A stretch of 64,000 nucleotides of DNA from Octopus sinensis (Eukaryota), in assembly GCF_006345805.1 (NCBI RefSeq), contig NC_042998.1, positions 73,718,001 to 73,782,000 of the forward strand, written 5' to 3'. The notes beneath the pieces were generated by a model, which saw nothing but the letters and a program-made list of their open reading frames with translations, was not told the origin of the DNA and searched no databases. Position 1 is the first letter of the stretch, and each line of letters begins with the position of its first letter. Positions 1 through 12,699 of this stretch are shown here, in pieces. The position numbers and the translations under genes are program-made.

Positions 1-190
1 TACGAAAGCAAATAAGTTCAATGCGCAAACAACGAGAGAAACAAATGGAATACAGGAGAATTAACATAAAGAACCACCTTTATTAACCGACGGATGTCTA
101 TCTACTCATATATATATAGAGAGAGAGAGGCGGGGAGAAAGAGAGAGAGTGTGCGTGTGTGTGTTTGGTGTGGTGTACAGATATTGAATA

Positions 191-642
191 TTGAGAAAAA
201 AGGTCGCTATAATTTTGGAAAAAAATCTTTTATAAATTAATATTTGTGCTTTCGTTCGTTTTCGAACTTGTCAAATAGAATTTTGTGAATGCACAATCAG
301 GCTTTTCATTCCTATAAAACGGATGTTTTTTGAGGGTTTTGTTTAGAAGAGAACATTGGATTTTAATTTTTTTTTTTTTTTTTGAGGTGGTGGTCGAGGT
401 GAAGTTTCATGACAATGGAGATAGATAGAAAGATAGGTAGGTTGATAGGTTGATAGAAAGATACAAAAACAAAAACAATGTTCTCTTGGAAACAAAATCC
501 CCCTAATCATGTTTTATATAAATGAACAAGCTGTTCGATACGTTCGCAAAATTCGATTTGACGAGTTCGAGAAACGAGCGAAAGCGCTATAATAATGAAT
601 AATAAAGATTTTTTGCCAAAGTTCTGGTGGCCTTTTTTCTCA

Positions 643-643
<1 letters not shown>
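191..643. mobile_element. MITE-like element with ~100-bp imperfect terminal inverted repeats
   Basis: 191-291 (ttgagaaaaaagg...ttcgaacttgtcaaatagaattttgtgaatg) is the imperfect reverse complement of 541-643 (cgttcgcaaaattcgatttgacgagttcg...ccttttttctcaa). No coding capacity between the arms. Confidence 0.6.
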
Positions 644-724
<81 letters not shown>

Positions 725-765
725 ATGTATATATATATATATTATATTTATATATTTATATATAG

Positions 766-848
<83 letters not shown>

Positions 849-870
849 CAGATAGACAGGCGGATAGATA
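640..870. repeat. Compound microsatellite (CA)n-(TA)n-(GATA)n
   Basis: Read directly. Confidence 0.95.
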
Positions 871-880
871 GACAGTCAAC

Positions 881-1007
881 AACTATTGAAAAGGTTGCAA
901 GATGCAGCAACGATAATTTTAGAAAAAGGAAATGAGTGGAAACTTTACTGGTGAGTGTGTTAAATTATAAGCCACTAAAAGAGAATGACTCTCCCCAGAC
1001 ACAACAG
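881..1007 (+). mobile_element. Short TA-associated repeat (family F) with a variant hammerhead-like motif, here with GAAA mutated to GATA
   Basis: ctattgaaaaggttgcaagatgcagcaacgataattttag...gactctccccagacacaacag recurs at about 57470-57690 (-) and 62900-63190. Confidence 0.7.
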
Positions 1008-1009
1008 TA

Positions 1010-1039
1010 CACACACAGACACCACACACACACACACAC

Positions 1040-1079
<40 letters not shown>

Positions 1080-1500
1080 TATATATACACATAAGGCCCA
1101 CGTGCGTATGTGTGTAATTATGTATTTATATACGTGTACACACATACATGCATACATACAAACAAACATATATACATGCTTCCATACGTACATATATACA
1201 TACACATACACACACATATACACACACATATACATACATGCACACGTACACACGTACACCCATACACACGTACACACACATACATACATACATACGGACA
1301 GACAGACATACCCATACACACATACATACACACATACACACGTACACACACATACATACATGCATACATACATACATACATACATGCATACACACGTACA
1401 TACATACGTACATACATACATACATACATACATACATACATACATACATACATACATACATACATACATACATACATACATACGTACATACATACATGGA
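1010..1500. repeat. Long (CA)n/(TA)n/(CATA)n microsatellite tract
   Basis: Read directly. It accounts for the His/Thr/Tyr/Ile and Met/Tyr/Val/Cys ORFs in the track. Confidence 0.95.
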
Positions 1501-1561
1501 TGCGTACGTAAGAACATACATAGCCTCTACTTCCGTGTTGGCTTATGAAGCACCGTCATAT

Positions 1562-2175
1562 ATAATAATAATAATAATAATTGTGTACAGTGCTCAGGTG
1601 CACTACAACTCATCTAAAGTGTATATATAATCAGGTGTAGTTTCGGCGGATTTCGGAAAGCATGAGGGCCTTAAAAGATGCAGTGTCATGGCAGTCAACA
1701 ACTGACGCAGGCAGTTTATTCCATGCTTCAGCAACTCTGAGCGTGAAAAAATGTTTCCGAAAGTCATGGGAGCGTATTGTTTTCTGACTTTGTAGGCATG
1801 TCCACGTGTGTAGACACATGGAGATCAAAAAGGTGTTCAGTGTTGTTGTTGGTGAGGTGGTTGATAACTTTGTGGGTGTTTACCAAGTCCGTCGCCAAAC
1901 GCCGGAGCTTCAGTGAATCCATGCCCAGGGAAACAAGGCGCTCAGAATATGGTAGGTGTCTGATGGAGGGTATGCGTTGGTTGCACGTCTCTGGACAGAT
2001 TCCAGGAGGTCAATGTTCTGTGCAAGATAGGGGTTCCAAACTGATGATGCGAATTCCAAGTGTGGTCGTACCATAGCTGTATACAGTTTTAAATAGATGG
2101 CTGGAGAGCGGCTAACAAAAGACCTGCTGAGTGATGCCAAGACACCCTCGGCCTTCCTGACAATCTTAGAGCAAG
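1562..2175 (-). mobile_element. CR1/L2-group LINE, 5'-truncated 3' end with (ATT)n tail
   Basis: Minus-strand peptides KLYTAMVRPHLEFASSVWNPYLAQNIDLLESVQRRAT and RKHFFTLRVAEAWNKLPASVV match the C-terminus of CR1-group RT ORFs. A short 3' UTR and an (ATT)n tail follow at about 1562-1582. Confidence 0.85.
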
Positions 2176-2889
2176 TACATATTCTAAATTTTCTGAAACC
2201 ATCCATTTTGTGAATCGATTTTGAGCATATAATCAAAAAGCACTCAGTCTCTCTAATCATTAATCAATTGCTCATCTCTCAATTACGAAACTGACATCTT
2301 TCCCAAGCAACTTTCTTCATTAGAACACTTTTTGTTTGTTTTCTTAACATTCCATTTCTTATTATTGTTGTTTTTGTCGTATACATTGCTCAATAAGTAT
2401 ATTTTTTACGATGGTGTGTTGCGATAGTGGATATACTTTGTGGCTCTTCTGGTATGTCTATCAAACACCTGGAGACTTCCCCGTTGGTTTATATATTCTA
2501 GTGATTTTTTGGGTCAAATTTTTGGAACATTAAACAGTTATCTCTGCAATAAATATTTTACTGTACAATCATTTTTTATCGATACAGTCAAAATATCCCC
2601 ACGACAAATTTACAATTTAAATGTCTCTGCAATAAAGATTTATATCTAGAAACATTTATCTATTAGATTAAAATGATATTTTATAATTAAAACAAGAACA
2701 TTCTATGCAAGCAGTTATCAATCAGACTACGAAAAGAAATTTGTCTGAATAGAATAAGAAAGCCAGTAATTTATTTATAAATGAACAGCTTAATTATGTG
2801 ACACGACAGAAGTAAACGCACCGCCCATCCTCCGCGAATCCTCTCGAAGAGCCTGTAACAATACCGTTGCATTAAATATGTATTTCAAA

Positions 2890-3530
2890 TTTTGGAACAA
2901 ATCGACGTCAGTGTGCATCTGGTACTTCTATTATCAAACCAGAACAGATAAAAGACAATGTCGACCTCGGCAGAATTTGAACTTGCATCTTGAAGACGGT
3001 CAAAGTGCCGCTAAGCATATTGCTCGGCGTGTTAGTAATCCTGCCAACTCGCCACTTTCTGATACATATTCTGGTATTAAATTTTCTTTTCTACTCGAGG
3101 CACAAGGCCCGAAATTTTGGGGGAGGGGGGCCAGTCGATTAGATCGACCCCAGTGCTCAACTGGTACTTAGTTTATCGATCCCAAGAGGATGAAATGCAA
3201 AGTCGACCGCGGTGGAATTTGAACTCAGAACGTAAAAACAGACGAAATACCTGTAAGCATTTCGCTCGGGGTTACTGCCAGCTAGTCACCTTCTGATACA
3301 TTAACTATTAAATGCATACAACAATACTGAAGTTATCTCTTATACGATCATTTCTACTATAAGCACAAGATCTGAAATTTTAGTGGTAAAATGTTTTTCG
3401 ATTACATCAACTTTAATCACCCAAAAAGAAGACAGGCAAAGTTGACCCTAGCAGAATTCGAACTCAGAAGTAAAGCTAGAAGTGCCGCCAAACATTTTGA
3501 CCGGCGTGCTATTTTACCCTCTCACCGCCT
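2890..3530 (-). mobile_element. Three head-to-tail copies of tRNA-derived SINE family A
   Basis: Reverse-complemented copies at about 2890-3055, 3088-3290 and 3350-3530 of the head aaggcggcgagctggcagaa, the box B gagttcaaattcc and the core ctttgcctttcatcctttcggggtcgataaa. Confidence 0.8.
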
Positions 3531-4902
3531 TCTGTTTATTTTACAATGATATGGTAATGACTATAGCGTTTATCAACTACGGATGGCACAAAACTTTAGA
3601 CGATATTTCTGAGTTAGCAATATAAAGATAATTCAGAATGCGTATTTACCTCAATGTTAGATTATGTTACCAACTTTTTTCACAATATTCAAATGATCAG
3701 CAAAGCTTTTCACACACATGGGTTTGTCTCATCTTTGATATACCAATGTGTCAGATTCTCATTTTTTTTTTCTTTCTCTGGTCATCGAAACTTGATAGGA
3801 CGAACATAATAGAAATATTTCGTTGCATTGATTTGTTTCATCTATTGATCCATTCACTGTATAAAATTTCCTAGTTTTCAAGTTATTCAGTAATATATTC
3901 TTTAGGTGTATTCTCGACATATTTTACCATTTTCACTGACTATGCATATAATGCTACATCCATATTTTAAAACTTACTATCATCTAACACCTACAAATAT
4001 CTAGTTTTCTATCTAAATCTATACGCGCTACCTTTTTATCTCCATATCATAATATACGAGTGTTTCTGCCATACAAATCATCAGCTAAATATGTTACTGC
4101 TCACTACTGGTAAAAAAAATGATAACATTCCTTTCACTTCATATTTTGCATTCCACAAGGGAATTTTTTTCTATACAATATCAGCAGTCGGTTTTTTTTT
4201 TTTTTTTGCTAAGTTACTAACACATCCGTGTCTTCAAAAATTACAACTGACTTAATAATAACAGGAAACGGTTTAACTCTTTTAAATAACGTTTTATTTA
4301 AAAGAAAAACATAAGAATTTCTAAATATCAAGGTACGCTTTAAATTTATGAAATTTTAAATAACAAATCTTTTAACACAATCGGATGTGTACGAGAGACA
4401 CAGAGAATATGGAAGGCAAACAGACAGAGACAGTTAAGTCAAACTAGTAAAACAAATTCACTGTCTTTAACAAATCAGGCCTCTTACACCAATGTTTAAA
4501 TCCTATGTATCATTCGGCATTTCTCGCTTTAATTCTCATCCAATTCATCTTATCTTTTGTTGTTCATCACATGGATTTACGTACTACGGGATGGTCAGCC
4601 ACATCTTTAGATAGACAAATCTTTATGATAAAATTATTTTTTCTTATTTTACATTTTATTTTGTATCTTATTTTATTTAGTTTACTGTGTTCTTTTTTCT
4701 GAATTTGTATTTATCGACTATCCTCGCTTCCTCGGTACATTCTATACATAGTAATTCTAGTATTTGTAATAAGTGAAATCTCCCGAATACACTTTTTGTC
4801 TGAGACTATATAATAAAGCTATTTCAGATTTGTTTTGAGTTACTATGACATAACCTGAAGTGTAGACTGTTCGTTATGCCACGGAAGAATTATATTTACG
4901 GG

Positions 4903-4933
<31 letters not shown>

Positions 4934-5116
4934 ATATATATATATATATATATATATACATAATATATAAGGCAAACAAGAAAATGGAGAGGGTAAACAA
5001 CTGACGAACATCAACCAGTAAACATTCAATTATATCTGTTTATTAATTGATTACAAATATATGTGTAAGTGATTCAAGTAAAAAGAAACGAATGAAATAA
5101 GTAATAAGTACATATC

Positions 5117-5214
<98 letters not shown>

Positions 5215-5237
5215 ATATATATATATATATATATATA
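4903..5237. repeat. Two (TA)n arrays
   Basis: Read directly at about 4903-4968 and 5116-5237. Confidence 0.9.
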
Positions 5238-5239
5238 GT

Positions 5240-5282
5240 AAGGGCGCATGGCTCAGTGTGTAGCGTGTCGGACTCACAATCA
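5240..5282 (+). mobile_element. tRNA-like SINE head fragment, cut off at the DNA-transposon boundary
   Basis: gggcgcatggctcagtgtgtagcgtgtcggactcacaatca resembles the SINE heads at 15662 and 44350(-). It ends where the CAC terminus begins. Confidence 0.55.
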
Positions 5283-8124
5283 CACCGGACAGTTGAATTT
5301 TGTAGTTATTACACTTCTCAACACGAATTTTGGTGCCAAGATATATAACACGTATTTTTAGCTAATTTTATGGTACTGATTCTGAAAATGACTTACGTTT
5401 TTCATGGTTAACCACCATTTTTGCTGTACTGAAATTGTTCATTTTGGGGAAAAAAGGACCAATTTTCGATCTTGGCTGATCGCAAAATTTAGTTTAAAAA
5501 GGTAGTAGAAACTCATGATTTGTCATGTAGGCCGAGTAGTTTATATCAGCCACCTGAAATAAACTATTTTTACAAGAAAAAGGTGTTTTTGAGTCAAATC
5601 GTTTAAAACAAAGTACCGAATTTTCCAATTTATTGCCAAAATTCAAATTAACTGATATCAGTACTACACTTTAGTAAACCTGATAATTAAGGTGATATGA
5701 AAGAAATGAAGCCCTGAAATTTTCTGTTTGATATTCATAAATTTATCCCATCACTTTTATCCCTTCAATACGGAAGGAAACCAAGCGCATTAAGAGCTTT
5801 TGTTTTCATAGTTTGAAAAAACTCCAACTAAAGACATCCCAATTGAATGCACCTATTCTATTGTACATGACAAACATCATGATAATGGTTTCACCATAAC
5901 ATCTGCCCTCCACGCGGGATTACAAAAATACGAATTAGAATCAGCATAACGACTCTTTCTGTCTTTTGTTATTGACAGTTTTACGAGTCTTTCCGTAGGA
6001 CATAAGGAAAGGTCAAATTACCCAAATGTGAACACGTAAAGTGTAATGTAAATGCTCGACCAACTCCTGTTCTTTTTTAATCATAGACATAGATATCAAA
6101 TGACATGACTTCAACGAGAGGATGCAAAAATGATCCCAACTTGTTTTGCTATAAATGCGGTGAGTTCATACCAAAAGCTAACAGGAAACCGATATCTGAG
6201 TGTTACAAGAAAGCCTATCGTGCTTACTTTTACGTCGTGCTTGGTGATCAGGAGAAATCATGGGCCCCTCACATGGTTTGCAAGATATGTTTGAAACACA
6301 TGAGACAGTGGACATCAGGTACCCGAAAATCGCTGAGATTCGCTATTCCTATGATCTGGCGTGAGCCAAAGAACAACTCTGACGAATGTTACTTCTGCTC
6401 AGTTAGTGTTGCGGAACTATCGACTATCCCAGTCTTCATTCCGCTAGTCGACCAGTGCCGCATTCAGATGATTTGCCAATCGCAGTTTTTCACGAAATTT
6501 TGTTGAAACTTGTTGAAAGTGACGAGTCTGATACTAATGTAAATGAGAGATACAGCGAAAATGATCCTGACTATGTTCCCGAAACCGTGCCAGAACCGTT
6601 TAACCCAAATGAGCTGAATGATTTGGTTCCAGAGTTAAATCTAAGTAAAGAATCAGCAAAGCCTCTAGGTTCAACGAAAAACACCTGTTAGCAAAAGGCA
6701 CAAAGGTACCATTCTATCGAAATAGGGATGCTGAATGGATTTGTACCATTCTTTAATGAGAACACGGATCTTGTTCATTACAATGACGCTGAGAGCGTTC
6801 TTCTTTGACTAGGCGTCTACAAATACGATCCTGATGAATAGAGATTGTTCATTGATAGTTCAAAACGTAGTCTGAAATATGTTTTGTTCCATAATACCAT
6901 GTATGTGCCAATACCTCTAGGTTATTCAACAACACTGAAAGAATGATGCCATTAAACAGGTTATGGAACAGATTGACTATACCAAACATAAATGGGTGTT
7001 TTGTGCCAATCTGAAAATGGTAAATTTACTGCTTGGTCAATAAATGGCTACATAAAATTCCCATGTTTTTGTGTATGTAGGACAGTAGAGCAAAAGAGGA
7101 TCACTGGAAAAGGAAAGATTGGCCACCCCGAGAGTTGGAGGTCAGTGAAAAGAACGTTATTAGTGTAGCGCTAGTTCCGAAAGAAAAAAAATCATCTTCC
7201 CTCCCCTGCATATCAAATTGGGATTAAGAAAGTAAATGTTTTGATTATATATGTAAATTATTTCCAGGACTTAGCACCGAAAAACTCAAAGCAGGAGTGT
7301 TTGATGGCCCTGATATCAGGAAACTCATTAAGGATGATGAATTTGTTAATTCAATGAATGACTTGCTTGGACATCATTTGTTGACATGGTGAAAAACTTC
7401 TTAGGCAATCGCCGGGCTGAAAACTACAAAAAGTTAGGGAAAATGCTGTTGAAAAGTCTATAGGACATAGGCGCTAATATGATTATTAAGGTTCATTTTT
7501 CACATAGCCATCTAGATAATTTTTCCGGATAATTGCGGAGATGTGAGTGATGAACAAGGAGAACGATTCCGTCAGGATATCAAAACTATGGAGGAGAGCT
7601 ACCAGGGACGGTGGGACAAACGAATGATGGCGGACTACTGCTGGAGTATCAAAAGGGACTTATATAGCATTGAACATGACAGACAATCAAGAAAGAGAAA
7701 ATTTTTACCATAGTTCTTATGTTAACGAAGGTTTTTATTTCTACTGTTAGTTTATTTAATGATTTGATGAAAATACTTGTTGGTCCTGGTATATTCAATC
7801 GTGCTATTTTTAGAGACTTAGGGTCTGATTGTTATGACAAAAATAGTATTTCTCAATAAGCGGACCAAAATTTGTTGGTTTAAATATGAATTGAGAGATT
7901 TCTACGATTTTACTTCGAGAAATATTGCTATCGATCAATATCAAATATACAGAAAACAAATGAAGAAAATGCTTTTTTTCCCCATAAATGAGGCATTTCT
8001 GTATAGCAAAAACGGTAGCTAACCAAGAAAAAGTGAGGTCATTTTCAGATTCAGCGCCCTTAAATTAGCTAAAAAAAACGATGTTTAGTGTCTCAACACT
8101 AGTTCAATTTTTTTTTTACCAGTG
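5283..8124 (+). mobile_element. Chapaev3-like (CMC superfamily) DNA transposon, decayed
   Basis: Ends are CACCGG...CCAGTG. An imperfect subterminal inverted repeat pairs about 5355-5450 (ttagctaatttt...ctgaaaatgac...tttttcatggttaaccaccatttttgctgtac) with about 7980-8080. An internal transposase relic is present. No clear TSD. Confidence 0.75.
6105..7713 (+). pseudogene. Chapaev3-type transposase pseudogene with many stops and frameshifts
   Basis: N-terminal Cys-rich CKNDPNLFCYKCG...LGDQEKSWAPHMVCKIC...PMIWREPKN..DECYFC, then DSRAKEDHWKRKDWP, LPPLHIKLG, KLKAGVFDGPDIRKLIKD, and the C-terminus SDEQGERFRQDIKTMEESYQGRW...MADYCWSIKRD...RKRKFLP-stop at 7711-7713. The family assignment is from recalled motifs. 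Confidence 0.8.
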
Positions 8125-8464
8125 CTATCAGTGTATTTTAGCGATTTAAATAAGATGTTTGACTGTTATTTCCAGCTGGTAGACATACTTAGTATGTCCT
8201 TTGATTAATTTTGATCCTTCTGCTATTTAATGCATTTTGGGAGGCTTGCAATCGCCTATATTATTGATTCTGTTATGATCATTTTTGAATTGTTACACTA
8301 GATAATAATAGAGTCAATGATATCTTCGCAAAATATTGTTTCGTGAATTATTTGCTCCGTAGTGAAATTATTTTCACACTGGTGGCTGTTGTGATTTCGG
8401 GACAAAACGAATCAGTTGCAGTGCAGACTTCAACTCGACGCATTGGGGTTCTCTATTATGGTAA

Positions 8465-8517
8465 CGCGTGCTGAAGAAGGTTAGTCTATTATTCCAGTCC
8501 AGAAACCGGTCCACGTG
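8465..8517 (+). ncRNA. Type-I minimal hammerhead ribozyme motif (GUC site, degenerate stem II)
   Basis: CGCGTG-CTGAAGA-[aggttagtctattattccagtcca]-GAAA-CCGG-TC^CACGTG. Stem I is 6 bp with one G-U, and stem III is the palindrome ACCGGT. Confidence 0.65.
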
Positions 8518-8689
8518 AGTCCAAATTCTTGAGTGTATGCTACTCGGAGTATGTATATGTGTGTGTACGTGTATGTGTGTGTCTTTGAGTGTGTGTGTGT
8601 ATGTGGGTAAATCATAAATGATCAGGATCTATGAGAGATGAATATATTTATTTAACCACTTATCCTTAGGATTAAGGCCGTAATGTATA

Positions 8690-8787
8690 TATATATGCAT
8701 TTCCTCGAATGGGGCTTTTACATGCCGAAATCTACTTGGTGTAATTGATAATTATTCCAAATTAATTAATTTCACCCTTTATTGTTA

Positions 8788-8790
<3 letters not shown>
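8690..8790. repeat. Interspersed repeat family G fragment
   Basis: Reverse complement of about 33005-33100. Another part of the family lies at about 9303-9390 and matches 33111-33200. Confidence 0.7.
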
Positions 8791-8822
<32 letters not shown>

Positions 8823-9137
8823 CTTCACGGAGATTACAAGTTCAAAGAAATTTTGCCAGACCACTCAGATTAAAGTGCTCACTCAAATAGCCAAGGTATT
8901 TAATCCGTAGCCGTGCTGTGATCGGACAAAATATGTTTTGCTAGATTATGGTTAGAGTTATGGTGTATGTGCGAGATAGAAAGAGACCGAGAGAGAAACA
9001 AAGAGAGAGGGGGAGAGTGTGGTGTGTGTGTGTGTGTGTGATATTGAGTATAATCTTTTCTTCTAAAATTACCGTTCCCGTAATAATACATATGCATGGG
9101 TGTGTATGTGTGTGTACATTACATGTGTGTATGTGTT

Positions 9138-9196
<59 letters not shown>

Positions 9197-9429
9197 TATA
9201 TATAATTATATATTATATATATATATATATTGTGTGTGTGTGTGTGTTGGGTGTGTGTGTGGTGTGTGTGTGTGTGTGTGGTGTGTGTGTTATATATATT
9301 ATATACTAAGTAATTAAGGGTTTAGCAACGATTTGCCTCACCACACACCGAGTTTAGAAATAGCAGTCAAAGAGTTATGGCTATTCTTTCTATATATATA
9401 TACATACATATATACATACATGCATACAT

Positions 9430-10560
9430 ACATAGAGGAAGAGGGAAGGAAAAAAGAAATTGAACGCATTGTCAGAAGGAGGCTGATCACGTTCTTGGAA
9501 GAGAATAACTTGCTCACAAACACACAACATGCTCTCTACCCAGGGAGGAGCTGCCTCATACAGCTACTACAATATTATGATTGGGTACTGAAACATCAGC
9601 TCAACCACACAGATGTGGATATGATATATTTCAACTTTTCCAAGGTCTTTGACAAAATCGATCATGGAATGATATTTCACAAACTACGCGAACTTGGTAT
9701 CACTGGAAAACCGAGAGAGTGCCTGTACGACTCTTTATAGGAGAAAGTCAGTTGCCAGCAGTAGTGCTCCATCTGGGGAGACATCAATCCACAGTGAAGT
9801 TTCTCGGGGAACTGTACTGGGACCACTACTGTTTGTAGTGGCTCTCTCAGACATGCCGTCACTCGTACAGTCATTCACTCTCACCAACTACGCTGATGAT
9901 ACAAAGGTGTCTCAGGCGGTCAAGGACCCTGATGACATAGTAAAACTGCAAAATAACCTGTGTGCAATATAAAAATGGGCTGATGAAAATAACATACAGT
10001 TAAATGTAGTCGAGTTTCAAGCATTCAGCTATCACCCCACACACAGACTACAATCGGAATACATAGGACCAGAGGTCAGTGGAATCCCAGAGCTAGAATC
10101 GGTGCGTGGCCTGGAAATCTACATGAGTAGTGCTGTAACATTTCATGTGCATATTGCCAGGATGGCAACATTGTGCAGACGAGTAATTGGATGGATCCTT
10201 AACTCATTCAGAAACAGAAATAAGGATGCCTTGCTACTCCTATGGAGAACATTTGTCCTCAGACATCTGGATCACTGCTCTCAACTGTGGTCGTCACAGA
10301 GCGTCAAATGGTGGCACAACTTGAGGCAATCCAACGCCGCTACACAAAGAACATTGACTCGGTGAAACAGGTGAGCTACCGTGAGAGGCTACAAGAACTG
10401 AAACTCTACTCTCTGGAGAGAAGGCGAGAAAAGTGTGCAGTGATATATATATATGTGTGTGTGTATACGTATATGTGTATATATGTATTTATGTATATAT
10501 ATATATGGAAGATCTTGGAAGGTTTAGCCCCCAACTTTAGAATTAAAAGCTATACCAACG
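9430..10560 (+). mobile_element. CR1-group LINE reverse transcriptase fragment (pseudogene)
   Basis: GRSCLIQLLQYYDWV, DMIYFNFSKVFDKIDHG, RGTVLGPLLF, YADDTKV, FVLRHLDHCSQLWS, LEAIQRRYTK, LYSLERRRE and WKILEGLAPNF appear across frames with stops and frameshifts. Confidence 0.9.
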
Positions 10561-10651
10561 ACCGAACTCGACGGCACTACATTTACTGGCTGAAGCCAAT
10601 TAATGAATAAAAGAATAGACACACACACACACAGAGTGTGTGTGTAAGTAC

Positions 10652-10719
<68 letters not shown>

Positions 10720-10908
10720 ATACGTATATGTGTATATATGTATTTATGTATATATATATATGGGGAAGTGTGGAAGGTTAGCCCCCAACTTTAGAATTAA
10801 AAGCTATACCAACGACCGAACTCGACGGCACTACATTTACTGGCTGAAGCCAATTAATGAATAAAAGAATAGACACACACACACACAGACGTGTGTGTGT
10901 AAGTACAT
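10451..10908 (+). repeat. Local tandem duplication (~200-bp unit, ~255-bp offset) of the LINE 3' remnant and flanking microsatellite
   Basis: gcccc(c)aactttagaattaaaagctataccaacgaccgaactcgacggcactac...gaatagacacacac occurs at about 10527-10632 and 10781-10888. Confidence 0.85.
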
Positions 10909-10944
10909 ATATATATATATATATATTATAATATATATATATAT

Positions 10945-10982
<38 letters not shown>

Positions 10983-11567
10983 AGGCACGCACACACACGC
11001 ACACACGCACACACACACATGTATATAAATAATTTTATATTAAAGTTTTAGAGTGCCTAATCAAATAAAAGTCGAAGGCTTATAACTTGTCTAATTAAAA
11101 CTACTAAAATATATACGCTGATAATTACATCATTAAATAGGGACAAATATACGTAATGTAGTGAATTAATGTGTAATCAATTAAAACCACATAACACGAA
11201 AAGAAATCATTAGCGTTATTGGTAATTTTTGAAAACTATGGCAAGGAAGATATTTCTAGAATGCGAATTGATTTTTTTTTTTTTTTATGTGAGTATTTTT
11301 TCCAACGGGCTACGAGGGGGAAAAACGTTGCAACAGGAATGCGTCTATTTCGTTTCAATAAACTCTTCAGCGAAATATTATCCTCCTACAACATATCTGA
11401 CAAAAAAACTAACAAAAATTCTAGCATGTAAGTGGAAAAAAACATTGACAGATTAAGTAATTTAAAACGATGAACTGGTTAAATTTTCACTTATCTTCAA
11501 ATACATGGCATGGCTGTACGCTCATGTCGTTCTGATGTGTGTGTGTGTGTGTGTGTATGTATTATGC

Positions 11568-11765
<198 letters not shown>

Positions 11766-11872
11766 TGCATATATATGTGCACATATTTGTATGTATATCA
11801 TGCATGAACGAAAGCAGCTACGCATTTTCAGCTGAGTCGACTGAAGTAACCCTAAAGAAGCATAGGCCCTAA

Positions 11873-11908
<36 letters not shown>

Positions 11909-12134
11909 GGTGTATGTATTTATGTATTAAATCTGTGAGCGAGATATAATCATTAGTAATGCGAAATCGTAACATATAATAGCCAAGCAAGTGTGGTGTT
12001 CTCTGCATGACAGCGCTACTAACGTTTATAACCCCAATAAGACATCTCTTCCAGCTGGCTAACGACACTCATTCTCTATCCGAATAGTATTTGCGAGGGG
12101 AGGTCATCGCTCCCATTTCTAGCTTTACGTGATA

Positions 12135-12179
12135 CATACGGACTCGAGTTTCTGGCTGGTTACCCGTCCTCAGCGTGTG
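12135..12179 (-). ncRNA. Type-I minimal hammerhead motif (GUC site)
   Basis: Minus strand: CACACG-CTGAGGA-[cgggtaaccagcca]-GAAA-CTCGAG-TC^CGTATG. Stem I pairs 5 of 6, stem III is the palindrome ACTCGAGT, and stem II is weak. Confidence 0.65.
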
Positions 12180-12184
12180 TTAAT

Positions 12185-12232
12185 CGCAAGCTGATGAGTC
12201 CTATGACCACGGACAAAAATTTAATTTCGCGC
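12185..12232 (+). ncRNA. Degenerate hammerhead core on the opposite strand
   Basis: CTGATGA-GTCC-tatgaccac-GGAC-AAAA (G12 to A), followed by an imperfect palindromic stem III. Stem I is poorly formed. Confidence 0.35.
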
Positions 12233-12699
12233 AGCATCGGTGGCATGGCTGGAAAATGAGTAACTGCGTCCGTTGGGGATAGTGATTCCAGGTCACTGGT
12301 GGAGTCTTGTACTCTTAGCTGCTTAAATACCATGGAAACGGACTAAGTTCAAGCATTCTGGGCTTCCTCGCTCGTCTCTCTCTCTCTCACTCTTTATCTC
12401 CCTCCTTTTCTCTGTCTCTTTCCCTCTGTTTTGTCTTTCTCTGGGCATTCTTCCTCGTATTTGTACATACGTATTTATGCGGTATTTATATATTTATGTA
12501 TGCATGTATACATGCATGTTTGAAGAAGATCAATTGATACGATGGGGTTATGGTCGTCTAAATATGATTCCATGATTCTCAGCCTTTTATATATGAGCAT
12601 GTTCAGGTTCAGTGATCTTATTAGATACAGCTAGGTTCCACCTAAAAATGTGAATAGGACGGTTGTGTGCATCAGTGGAGATTTGCTAAACTAGATGTG

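Noticed and set aside
587-1630. Long ORFs rich in YI/HT/MYVC/LSIY, here and throughout the track
   Set aside because: They are translations of (TA)n, (CA)n, (CATA)n and (GATA)n repeats, which lack stop codons in some frames.
4106-4120. tactggtaaaaaaaa matching the right end of the Chapaev element as an alternative left TIR
   Set aside because: The match is short and mostly poly-A. The subterminal inverted repeat supports a left end near 5283.
8701-8740. GGC-ttttacat-GCC-GAAA hammerhead-like hairpin in family G
   Set aside because: There is no valid CUGAnGA, and stems I and III do not form.
11343-11380. Minus-strand CTGAAGA-GTTT-attg-AAAC-GAAA
   Set aside because: The core and stem II are good, but there is no NUH site with a paired stem III and stem I is only 2 bp. 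It could be chance.
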